DNA of 64,000 bases, taken from a virus. Of the stretch, positions 37,776 to 46,134 are shown one piece after another. The notes under the pieces were generated by a model. The model saw nothing but the letters and a program-made list of their open reading frames with translations, ran no database searches and was not told the DNA's origin. Position 1 is the first letter of the stretch. The number at the start of each line of letters is the position of its first letter. Position numbers and translations under genes: made by a program. The DNA is taken from the IMG/VR virus record IMGVR_UViG_3300036766_002288, positions 96,001 through 160,000 of that record. The stretch is one strand, 5' to 3'.

Positions 37776-38378
37776 GTGGTTGACCCGATAAATTTTACTA
37801 ATTTTAATCGTAACACTTACGAACTAGAAGAAACATTGCTTTTTGGGCTTTTGGTAGCTGGCAAGAATGCTATTACGACTTCTAGGTTATTAGACAACTT
37901 CATTAAAGACTTCAAATATGAGGATGAGACTCCATTTGAAATCTTTAGGCGATTCAATGCAGATGAAGTGCCTACGTTATCTGTAGCATTGAAAGATTAT
38001 GGTTTTGGTTGTTACAACGCTAAGGCCAAGGGTATTCATCAACTCGTTAGAGCAAATCTCGATTTGAAAACCTGCACTGTCGATGACCTTGAGAAGATTC
38101 ATGGCATCGGCATGAAAACATCACGTTTGTTTGTGCTACACACCAGGCAGAATGCTAAGTGTATTCCTTTGGATGTTCATATTTTGCATTATCTAAGGGA
38201 TTTAGGATATGAAGTTCCTAAAGCAACTCCAGACAAGACGAAGTATTTAGCTATTGAGAAAATTTGTATAGGACTCGCTAAGAAGGCGAAGAAGACTTGC
38301 TCAGAATGGGATTTGGGTATTTGGCGGATGTATAGTAGCAAATCCTATGGTATGAATAAAAGTAAATTAGCAATATAA
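37776..38378 (+). CDS. HhH-GPD DNA glycosylase (Ogg/endonuclease III-like, no FeS cluster)
   Basis: LEKIHGIGMKTSR HhH motif and IPLDVHIL catalytic Asp. Confidence 0.8.
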   Translation: MVDPINFTNFNRNTYELEETLLFGLLVAGKNAITTSRLLDNFIKDFKYEDETPFEIFRRFNADEVPTLSVALKDYGFGCYNAKAKGIHQLVRANLDLKTCTVDDLEKIHGIGMKTSRLFVLHTRQNAKCIPLDVHILHYLRDLGYEVPKATPDKTKYLAIEKICIGLAKKAKKTCSEWDLGIWRMYSSKSYGMNKSKLAI

Positions 38379-38389
38379 GGTGATTAAAA

Positions 38390-39106
38390 ATGGGTGAGAT
38401 AAGAGAAGTGGGTAAGTTAATAGAACTTTGGGGTCAAACAGTAGAAACAGACTTTCACGATGTTAGATTATCCAAAGAGTCTGTCAAAAAGTGGATGCGA
38501 CTTGCTAAGACTGTCAAGGAGGTTGAAAATCCTTGTTATTCTAGGCAAATTGGGGTGGTCATAGTAGACCCGAATACTAATTCCCTAGTATCATCAGGGC
38601 ATAATGGGCCACCAGAGGGTTGTCCTAAGAATGATGACCCTGATTATTTGCGGAACGTTGTATGGCCGCAATTGACGGAAAATGAGAAAGTCGGTGCTTT
38701 TGACATTACGACGACAGGTTGGACCTTCCACCTATCGAAAGAACCGTGTGAGCCTGCTGATTATTCAGTAGACAAGTTCGTGGATAAGTTTGCTAATTGC
38801 AAGACCTGTCCACGAAAGCCAATAGGCGCGCCAAGTGGAAAGAGACTGGAGCTATGCACTTGTATTCATGGAGAAGTTGATGCTATAACTAGGGCGAATA
38901 GGGACGTATCTGGGTGCTGGATGATGTGTTATTGTGGTGTTCCATGCATAGAATGCACCAAGGTAATAATTAATGCTGGAATAGAGACTGTTTTAGCGAT
39001 AAATCATGGACGGGAAGATTATAGTCAATATTCTTCCAGGTGGCTATTTGAGAAGTCTAAGGTGAATTTAATTCTTGTTAAAGAAGAATGGATTTGGAAG
39101 GACTAA
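38390..39106 (+). CDS. dCMP deaminase
   Basis: CYSRQIG, GHNGPP, CIHGEVDAI, PCIECTKVIINAGI. Confidence 0.9.
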   Translation: MGEIREVGKLIELWGQTVETDFHDVRLSKESVKKWMRLAKTVKEVENPCYSRQIGVVIVDPNTNSLVSSGHNGPPEGCPKNDDPDYLRNVVWPQLTENEKVGAFDITTTGWTFHLSKEPCEPADYSVDKFVDKFANCKTCPRKPIGAPSGKRLELCTCIHGEVDAITRANRDVSGCWMMCYCGVPCIECTKVIINAGIETVLAINHGREDYSQYSSRWLFEKSKVNLILVKEEWIWKD

Positions 39107-39351
39107 TGTTTTACGCTATCAAGAATAAAGAAGGTAAGTATTTGGTGTTAGATAGTCGTTTTATCCATTGGCTTGAAATGCCTAATGCTCAATTTTTTAC
39201 CACCAAAGAAGAAGCTCAAAAAGTGATTGATTATTTTTTTAAAGAACAGGAATACAATCCATTGGAATACGATATGCCTTTGGAAATTTGTGGTTTCGAG
39301 GTGAACTGGAAAGAGATTGAAAGAGAACTTTATGTTGTCACACCAAAGTAA
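39088..39351 (+). CDS. Hypothetical protein
   Basis: 87-aa ORF. Confidence 0.45.
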   Translation: MDLEGLMFYAIKNKEGKYLVLDSRFIHWLEMPNAQFFTTKEEAQKVIDYFFKEQEYNPLEYDMPLEICGFEVNWKEIERELYVVTPK

Positions 39352-39688
39352 GGGCTGTTTTCAATATAGAGTTTAGTTGACCAGGGAAGGCTTCGCCTGC
39401 TTTGAAATATTGAAGCCAGGATTGAAGATATTTATCTAGATTTTTGTTTCCGACTTCGACTTTACTAAGGTCGCCAGTGTGTGGGTCAACTAGTTGAGAA
39501 ACATACATAAAGGCATTTTGTGGCTCTTGCATTGCTTTGGCTAACTTGTCTTTTATAGTTTGCTTCAGTTGTTGTGTTGATTGTATTGATTGTGCAAATT
39601 GTGACTGACCTGTGGTAGGTTGGTATGCCCCAGGTAGGTTTTGAGGACCATTACCTTCAATACGCTCAAGGAATTCTCTGAAAGTCAT
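39338..39688 (-). CDS. Hypothetical protein with CTS-like N-terminus
   Basis: MTFREFLERIE start; CATATATA directly upstream. Confidence 0.6.
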   Translation of the reverse strand: MTFREFLERIEGNGPQNLPGAYQPTTGQSQFAQSIQSTQQLKQTIKDKLAKAMQEPQNAFMYVSQLVDPHTGDLSKVEVGNKNLDKYLQSWLQYFKAGEAFPGQLNSILKTALTLV

Positions 39689-39834
39689 GCTTTATATATG
39701 AATTAAAATATGATATGTGACGTAATAATATACTCATTATTTTTCTTTCTCTCTCATAGGGCCATTTATGGAGATGGGGCTAGGGAAGTGGATAATGGTA
39801 AGATTTTATAGCAATTTATTTATAATTTAAAGTC

Positions 39835-40029
39835 ATGGATATAGATATTTCGTATGGTCTTCTGTCGAAGGATTATGGGGACTCAATCTATGACTGCCCG
39901 TGTGGACGTTGTAAAATTGACCATAATCATAAAATGAGGCTTTCACGGACGCATGATGGTTTAAGCCAATGCGGGAGCTTCAAAGGAAGGAAACCATCTT
40001 CCATAGTGATTTACAGGGTGTTCTTGTAA
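39835..40029 (+). CDS. Possible small protein
   Basis: 64-aa ORF with CPCGRC in an otherwise empty interval. Confidence 0.3.
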   Translation: MDIDISYGLLSKDYGDSIYDCPCGRCKIDHNHKMRLSRTHDGLSQCGSFKGRKPSSIVIYRVFL

Positions 40030-40081
40030 GTCACTATTTTTTATTTGTGTCCTTCTCGGTGTGCCAACCGAGTTTATCATA

Positions 40082-40112
40082 AAGGGCCGTCACAAAAAAT
40101 GTGACGGCCCTT
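40082..40112 (+). terminator. Rho-independent terminator-like hairpin
   Basis: 13-bp stem AAGGGCCGTCACA/TGTGACGGCCCTT followed by a T-rich tract. Confidence 0.75.
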
Positions 40113-40124
40113 CTTATTTAGATT

Positions 40125-40739
40125 ATGGAAATAAAGTCTTATATTGAAGGAAAGTTGAAAAAACAACTGCCTTCTCATATCTTTTTAAATCGTATGCGTG
40201 TCATTGATGAAGACTCAAGGCAAAGCTTTGCCTATAACGATCATACATACGTGCCTTTTTATTACTGGTTAGGTACTATTTTGAAGCCCAAGACTATGAT
40301 AGAGATAGGGCTAAGACTTGGGCTTCTAAGTGGCAATTTTCTTAAATCCTGTAAAACGGTAAATAAGTTTGTTGCTCTACAAGAAGATAAGTCTGGGGAA
40401 TATTATTCTAGTCGGTTGGCAAAGGCTAATATAAAGGACAATTATAAGGGCGACTTATACGTTCACGTCGGCGTCATAGACGATGAAATTTTTTCTACCA
40501 AATTGAAATCTATGGAATTTGATTTGGCGATTATTAACGAAGAAACTAGTTATGACAGACACCGTTTATATTTTGATTTATTGTGGCCACAAATGGCGGG
40601 TGATGGTCTCATAGTGGTGGATTACGTTGAAAAGCATAAATCTTCTTCTGTGGCGGTTAAGGACTTTTGTGTAAGTATAAATTTGGAGCCTATATATATA
40701 AACACCACTTATGGTGTGGCTTTAATTAGAAAGGTTTAA
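40125..40739 (+). CDS. Class I SAM-dependent methyltransferase-like (Methyltransf_24-like)
   Basis: PKTMIEIGLRLGLLSG, FDLAII, GLIVVD. Confidence 0.6.
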   Translation: MEIKSYIEGKLKKQLPSHIFLNRMRVIDEDSRQSFAYNDHTYVPFYYWLGTILKPKTMIEIGLRLGLLSGNFLKSCKTVNKFVALQEDKSGEYYSSRLAKANIKDNYKGDLYVHVGVIDDEIFSTKLKSMEFDLAIINEETSYDRHRLYFDLLWPQMAGDGLIVVDYVEKHKSSSVAVKDFCVSINLEPIYINTTYGVALIRKV

Positions 40740-40743
40740 AAAC

Positions 40744-41457
40744 ATGGGATATGAAATTATTTATTCTTTCCATCCGAGAGATGAAGAAGGAAATTACAAG
40801 AAAGATGAAATAAAGGAACTTAAGAAAAAGTTGGGTGATCCATTTGAAGACGTTACTAAGGAGAAATTAGCCTCAATGGTTATGTCTCAATTGGCGAGAC
40901 GGGATATTTGGATATTTGATGTGAAGATTTATGAACTTGTTAAGAGAGAAATTAGTTTCCGTGAGACTAAAGGTGGTATTGTTATTGGTAACAAGAAGTT
41001 CATGTTGGACGATGAGGCGAACATTACTGTCCAGGAGATAACAGAGATACCAGCGGTTGCAGCACCTACACATGCTTTGGTGCCACAACATAATGGTAAT
41101 ATGCCTTTGGTTAATCTTGTAAATCCTGCTAGACCGAATAGGGCGATTAAGTGGGTGGTGCTTGATCCCGACTTGCCGAATTTGGATAAAGTGAAAACTT
41201 CTGGATTGGCATTTACTCCTGATAAACGGTATCCAGTTTTTTCTGAAATTGCTCATCCAAAGAAAATTGGCGTCCAAATTTACCAGATGATGGACGATAA
41301 TAAGCGAGAGGTAACGCTAGAAGATACTTACTTTTTGAATGCAGACCAGATTTTGCAACAGGGATTTGTTTCGAGTATTGACAAGGAAGTTGGTGCGCCA
41401 AAGTTGAAATTCGAAGATACTTACAAAGATACCATCCCAGATATCAGGGGAAGATGA
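40744..41457 (+). CDS. Hypothetical protein
   Basis: 237-aa ORF. Confidence 0.6.
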   Translation: MGYEIIYSFHPRDEEGNYKKDEIKELKKKLGDPFEDVTKEKLASMVMSQLARRDIWIFDVKIYELVKREISFRETKGGIVIGNKKFMLDDEANITVQEITEIPAVAAPTHALVPQHNGNMPLVNLVNPARPNRAIKWVVLDPDLPNLDKVKTSGLAFTPDKRYPVFSEIAHPKKIGVQIYQMMDDNKREVTLEDTYFLNADQILQQGFVSSIDKEVGAPKLKFEDTYKDTIPDIRGR

Positions 41458-41491
41458 TTTTTGGAAAATTCCTGAAAAAGATTTAATATCA

Positions 41492-41520
41492 TTGACACAA
41501 TTCTCGATTTATCCTATAAC
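41492..41520 (+). promoter_or_regulatory. Strong sigma70-type promoter
   Basis: TTGACA-17 nt-TATAAC upstream of the SSB gene. Confidence 0.8.
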
Positions 41521-41603
41521 GGGACTCACTGAGACTAAATGTTAGTAACAGTTAGTGCTGTTAGCACGAACAAAAAACTTTGTTTTACTAAGGAGCGAGA
41601 ACT

Positions 41604-42593
41604 ATGTCAGAAAACTATGAAGCAGTTAATCTAGCGGAAATCTTTGAGGAAGCCGAACGCTTTGATTCCCAGAGCGAAGGCAACGAAGATTATCTTGCTA
41701 ACTTTGTTAGAATGCCTGATAAGGAAGGTTACGTAACGGTAAGGCTCTTACCACCAGTTAAGGGTAAGAGATTCTATTGTGCGACCCGCACACACCGTCT
41801 CGGTAAAAAGAATCTCCATTGTCCAAGAGAATTAGTGTCGATTCAGGGCAAAAAGCGTTGGGTTGATAACAATCCAAAAGACCCATGCCCAATTTGCAAG
41901 TTCTATAATGGTCTCTGGCGAGAGTCAGAAGATGCTGAGGCTGATGAAGCCAAGGTCTTGCAGGATGACGCTCGTAAGATCAAGCCTATTGAGAGATATT
42001 ACTACAATTGTATCGTTCGTCATCAAGTCAATAAGAAGGGTGAAGTTGAGAAGAATGTTGGCCCAAAGATTCTTTCAATTGGCAAGACTCTCCACGAAAG
42101 AATTGTAAGAGCAATCACTGGTGATGCTAAGAACGATGAGAAGGGTTTGGGCGACGTAAGCGATCTCAAGATCGGTCGTGACTTCAAGATCGTCAAGAAG
42201 TTAAGAGGTCAAGGTAAGGAACAATATCCTTATTACGAGGAATCCAAGTTCCAAGACCCATCTCCTCTCGCGGATAAGGATCAGATTGACATTTGGCTTG
42301 GCCAGATGCATGACCTTAACGCATTGCGAGTTTTGAAGGACAGCGGTGAACTTGATATTCTGTTGCAGAAGTACAATGGTGTTATCCCAGATGATGATGC
42401 TGAGACTTCTTTCGACATGAGCAAATATCGTAAAAAGCCAGAGACTCTTGAGGAACAAGTTGAGCAAGCCAAGGCAGAAAGTAAGCCAAGGTTAGCACCT
42501 GTTCCAGAGGTCAAAGACACAGCAAAATCTGCTGATACTGTCTTAGAGGCAGAAGACTTTTTCGATGAGTTGAGAGCAGTAAAAGGTAAGTAA
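41604..42593 (+). CDS. gp32-like single-stranded DNA-binding protein
   Basis: VRLLPP, H...C...CPIC Zn site, RYYYNCIV, GPKILSIGK, GRDFKI, acidic tail; AAGGAG RBS. Confidence 0.8.
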   Translation: MSENYEAVNLAEIFEEAERFDSQSEGNEDYLANFVRMPDKEGYVTVRLLPPVKGKRFYCATRTHRLGKKNLHCPRELVSIQGKKRWVDNNPKDPCPICKFYNGLWRESEDAEADEAKVLQDDARKIKPIERYYYNCIVRHQVNKKGEVEKNVGPKILSIGKTLHERIVRAITGDAKNDEKGLGDVSDLKIGRDFKIVKKLRGQGKEQYPYYEESKFQDPSPLADKDQIDIWLGQMHDLNALRVLKDSGELDILLQKYNGVIPDDDAETSFDMSKYRKKPETLEEQVEQAKAESKPRLAPVPEVKDTAKSADTVLEAEDFFDELRAVKGK

Positions 42594-42604
42594 TCCAATC
42601 GTTT

Positions 42605-42630
42605 GGCCCACAGTCGCAAGACTGTGGGCC
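42605..42630 (+). terminator. Terminator hairpin with GCAA tetraloop
   Basis: GGCCCACAGTC-GCAA-GACTGTGGGCC then ATTTCTT. Confidence 0.8.
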
Positions 42631-42667
42631 ATTTCTTAAAACTATATTTTACACAAAGGAGTAACAA

Positions 42668-43876
42668 ATGGCTAAAAAGAAAGTGGCCGACGAAGATAGT
42701 ATTTTCAATTTAATTGCGAAAAAACTTGATGGTGATGTTTTGGCGGATGCGGTGCCAGTTCAATACTTTTTAGATACAGGTAATCTAGCATTTAATTGGG
42801 TGTTGAGTGGTAAGTTTATGCATGGTGGAATTCCAGGTGGCAAGATCACAGAATTTTTTGGGCCTGAAGCTTCGGGCAAATCGTATTGGGGAGCCAATAT
42901 AGCGCGTGGCACGCAAGCAATTGGTGCAATTCCAGTTTATTTAGATTGCGAAAATTCTCTCAATAATGATTTCGTTGTCAAGACAAGTCACATTGATTTA
43001 AATAGGATTATAAGATTCGATCCTTCTAAAGGTGTTGATTGTTTGGAAGGTGTTTTTAATAAAATCTATACTGTTATTAAGACAGTTAGGGATGCTAAAG
43101 ATGATAGGCCAATTGTATTTATCTATGATAGTATTGCATCTTCTCCTTGTGCAAGGGAATTAAGAGAAACTGAAATTGATATGGACAAATGCACAAAAGA
43201 AGAATATAAAGCGGTTGTTGGCGGTAAGGAGCAACCAGGGGAAAGAGCGAGAATATGCAGTCGAGAATTTAGAAAGTTAGGGTCGGTGCTGGAAAAATCT
43301 AATGCAACTTTATTAGTACTGAATCAAACCAGAATGAAAATTGGTGTTATGTATGGTAATCCAGAGACAACAGCGGGCGGTGGAGAATCTTTGAAGTTTT
43401 ATGCTTCTTGTCGTGTTAGAACTTCGATTCAGAAGAAGATCGAGAATAAGAAGTTGAAGACTTCGATTGGTATTAATTTGAAAGTAACGAATAAGAAAAA
43501 CCGTTGTTGTTCGCCTTTCCGAGAAGCCGAAGGTGTCCATTTGTATTGGAATGATGGTGTTAATCCATTAAGTGGATTGCTCACATGTCTGATTCAGGAT
43601 GAAAGAATTGATAAGGTTGGAAATGGGACATATATTGTTAAGGAACCTTGGGCAGCTGGTCAAGAAATCAAATTTAGAGCTTCAAAGGCAAAGAATGAGA
43701 TAGAGTCAGATGTTCTTTGTAAATGTCCTGCTTTAATTGATGCTGCGACCGAACAAGAGGTCAGAGACTATTTTGATGTTTTTGGTGCAGCTATTAAGGC
43801 TGGTAGTAACGAAGAAAACGAAGAAACTGCTGTATCAAGTGATGATTCAAGTGATGATGATTATGGGGCAGAGTAA
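42668..43876 (+). CDS. uvsX: UvsX/RecA-like recombinase
   Basis: GPEASGKS, YLDCEN, YDSIA, LNQTR.KIG.MYGNPE..GG..LKFYAS.R. Confidence 0.92.
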   Translation: MAKKKVADEDSIFNLIAKKLDGDVLADAVPVQYFLDTGNLAFNWVLSGKFMHGGIPGGKITEFFGPEASGKSYWGANIARGTQAIGAIPVYLDCENSLNNDFVVKTSHIDLNRIIRFDPSKGVDCLEGVFNKIYTVIKTVRDAKDDRPIVFIYDSIASSPCARELRETEIDMDKCTKEEYKAVVGGKEQPGERARICSREFRKLGSVLEKSNATLLVLNQTRMKIGVMYGNPETTAGGGESLKFYASCRVRTSIQKKIENKKLKTSIGINLKVTNKKNRCCSPFREAEGVHLYWNDGVNPLSGLLTCLIQDERIDKVGNGTYIVKEPWAAGQEIKFRASKAKNEIESDVLCKCPALIDAATEQEVRDYFDVFGAAIKAGSNEENEETAVSSDDSSDDDYGAE

Positions 43877-43931
43877 GTTTAGATGGCTAATGCCTACTGA
43901 CTTAGTGACGGGCGATTCTGAGCGGTAGGTG

Positions 43932-44432
43932 TTAGTTCATTTTGTATTTACCACCACCAATTTTTGTGAAGGTGTGTCCTTGGTTTTCTAATTCTGTCCT
44001 AATTTGTTTGAAATGATTGCAAAGACATGCTGTTGTTATTTCTCTGTATTTTTTAGCTAAATCTCTTAGAGAAACAGTTTTACCCTTAATAAGGTTATTC
44101 TTAATTGTATTTTTGATGCCTTTGGCTCTTTTTAAGATCATGGTGCGGGCTTCTTTTGGTTTTAGTTTAATTTCCACAACCTCATATTCTGCTGTATTTT
44201 GTGACTTTTTCTCACATAGAGCGGGTGCCAACTCTTCTAATTCCAGAATTTCTTTTTCATTTGAGATTTGAACGATGGATATTTCTGCACTGAACGCTTT
44301 AGAATACACAATTAATTGTGGCAGATTTTTTTCATGTGTGAAAAACTTTTTACGATCATCAGTTTGGATCATTAAGCATTGTTTCATGATATCTCTCTTG
44401 CTAGATTCTTGATTATTATATAGAATACGCAT
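43932..44432 (-). CDS. Putative winged-helix DNA-binding protein
   Basis: C-terminal VSLRDLAKKY...HFKQIR...GHTFTKIGGGKY. Confidence 0.5.
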   Translation of the reverse strand: MRILYNNQESSKRDIMKQCLMIQTDDRKKFFTHEKNLPQLIVYSKAFSAEISIVQISNEKEILELEELAPALCEKKSQNTAEYEVVEIKLKPKEARTMILKRAKGIKNTIKNNLIKGKTVSLRDLAKKYREITTACLCNHFKQIRTELENQGHTFTKIGGGKYKMN

Positions 44433-44502
44433 ATACAGGTCAATAGATTAACTGTCAATATAGCAAAATTTGTTCGACTTAACTAAATAAGTATGGGGCA
44501 AT

Positions 44503-44964
44503 ATGTTGTTTAAAAATAAGAGTTTACCGCAGAATATAAAAGAAGTTAAGGCTTTTGGGGCATATTTAATGCCTTTTAATTTCCCTAAAGTCAGCATGGA
44601 AAATGAAGATGAAATAGGTTATATTAAAAGTCGTGAGATTGTTGTGGATGGGTATGATGTTGCGGTTTATTACAATAAGGCTGATTGGACTGACCATTAT
44701 TTAGAGATTTTGCAGGTTATTGGTAAATATGTACCATTTCTGCCATTTTCTTTAGTTTGCAAAATTGGTAAAAGTTTTCTTGGGGATAAAGAGCTTTCAT
44801 ACGTGGACTTTATCAAGGACAGTCGAAAGGTTTATTGTTGGACATGCGCGTTAAATTTGAATAATGAGCCGATTGTTAATCCTTATAAAGCTGACGTTTT
44901 AGACTGTTCTTACGAAGGTTTATGCTATAGATGTTTAAATCCAGCCAATGTGAACTTCTACTAA
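44503..44964 (+). CDS. Hypothetical protein
   Basis: 153-aa ORF behind ACTAAATA. Confidence 0.55.
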   Translation: MLFKNKSLPQNIKEVKAFGAYLMPFNFPKVSMENEDEIGYIKSREIVVDGYDVAVYYNKADWTDHYLEILQVIGKYVPFLPFSLVCKIGKSFLGDKELSYVDFIKDSRKVYCWTCALNLNNEPIVNPYKADVLDCSYEGLCYRCLNPANVNFY

Positions 44965-45034
44965 AAATTTAGAATTACCATGTTTATTAAAACTATATAC
45001 CTTGCAGTTCAATTCAATTTGTGAGGAAATAGTC

Positions 45035-45334
45035 ATGTTAAACAACAAGATTCAGGCATTGTTAATAAATCATTTGCAGAGATACGGTAATCTCAAATTA
45101 CTGTTACCAGATGGAATTATATTAGAAATAGGGACAAATCAGATTGGTGTGCATGGTGAATTGGTGAACGTAAATGACTACTGTTGGATTACCGCAGCCA
45201 AAGAGGACAAGATGACTATTCTTGATTCCTACAATCTCGGACTTCGTTTCAATGACAATACAAAATTACTAGTTTTTGAAGATACCGTCATCAATGAAGA
45301 AGGTGAAAAGGTAAGAAGGCTGGACGTAGTGTAA
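45035..45334 (+). CDS. Hypothetical protein
   Basis: GAGG RBS before ATG 45035; ACTATATA at 44992. Confidence 0.55.
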   Translation: MLNNKIQALLINHLQRYGNLKLLLPDGIILEIGTNQIGVHGELVNVNDYCWITAAKEDKMTILDSYNLGLRFNDNTKLLVFEDTVINEEGEKVRRLDVV

Positions 45335-45418
45335 TATTTGTGTTATACTGTACTAGTACCTTCTGGTGCATCAGATGTTATGATGTGCTGTTATTTTCCA
45401 ATTATTAAGGAGCGAGTG

Positions 45419-45679
45419 ATGAAGAAGGTTGATACATCAGTCAAGGACTATGTTTCCAAATTGTCCTTTGATAATCTTAAGTATTTAGGAGAACGGTTCA
45501 ATAACCGAATCGGTTCTGATCTTTCAGAATGTGTGGAGTTAATATCTAAGAGTTCTGACATAGACAGACTCCTTGGTGCAGCAAAGAACGGCGAAGAGTT
45601 TTTCGCCGTAGTTGATGCTGTTGCAGCAGCGGTGGATAGAGAGTTTTCAAGGCGGGTTCCAGATGCAATCCATGCATAA
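45419..45679 (+). CDS. Hypothetical protein
   Basis: AAGGAG RBS before ATG 45419. Confidence 0.55.
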   Translation: MKKVDTSVKDYVSKLSFDNLKYLGERFNNRIGSDLSECVELISKSSDIDRLLGAAKNGEEFFAVVDAVAAAVDREFSRRVPDAIHA

Positions 45680-46082
45680 AATTAAATATTCTTTCACTTA
45701 TGAAGTGACCTTCTGCATTGGGAGTAGAGAAGGTTATAATGGCAGAGCATTTACTAGGGAAGAAGTCCTAGATCAGATTAATCTTTTTCAAAAAGGATTT
45801 ACTGGTTCAATGCCTGTAAAGGTTAGTGACACTGTTACTTTTACGATGAAGGATTATCGTGAAAATGGATGGGAAGTATCTGCTATTACATATCCTAATA
45901 GCTCGGCAAGTATTGATGAAGTTAAAAATTTCATGCGTAATTTGGCTGAGCATTTGTTATATCATTTTAAGCAAAATCGTATTACAATAAGAGAGACTTT
46001 CAATGGGCCAACGCTCGTGGGAAGTGAGCCAAATACTATAATGTTAGAAATGAACGATGCAGAGAAAACCCATCATAAGTAA
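45663..46082 (+). CDS. Hypothetical protein
   Basis: Start overlaps the previous gene end. Confidence 0.5.
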   Translation: MQSMHKIKYSFTYEVTFCIGSREGYNGRAFTREEVLDQINLFQKGFTGSMPVKVSDTVTFTMKDYRENGWEVSAITYPNSSASIDEVKNFMRNLAEHLLYHFKQNRITIRETFNGPTLVGSEPNTIMLEMNDAEKTHHK

Positions 46083-46088
46083 GAATCA

Positions 46089-46119
46089 GGTCAGGCACTG
46101 CTAAATACAGTGCCTGACC
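46089..46119 (+). terminator. 12-bp hairpin whose loop is CTAAATA
   Basis: GGTCAGGCACTG-CTAAATA-CAGTGCCTGACC. Confidence 0.65.
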
Positions 46120-46134
46120 ATATTTATTAGGAGC

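Noticed and set aside
39690-40125. tRNA, tmRNA or other structured ncRNA in the largest gene-poor gap
   Set aside because: Only two local hairpins were seen; no T-loop GTTCGA, cloverleaf or tmRNA-type ends. A covariance-model search would be needed to exclude it fully.
44439-44460. GTCAATA direct repeat as an operator for the winged-helix gene
   Set aside because: Only two 7-mers in AT-rich DNA; not distinguishable from chance or from overlapping -35 boxes.
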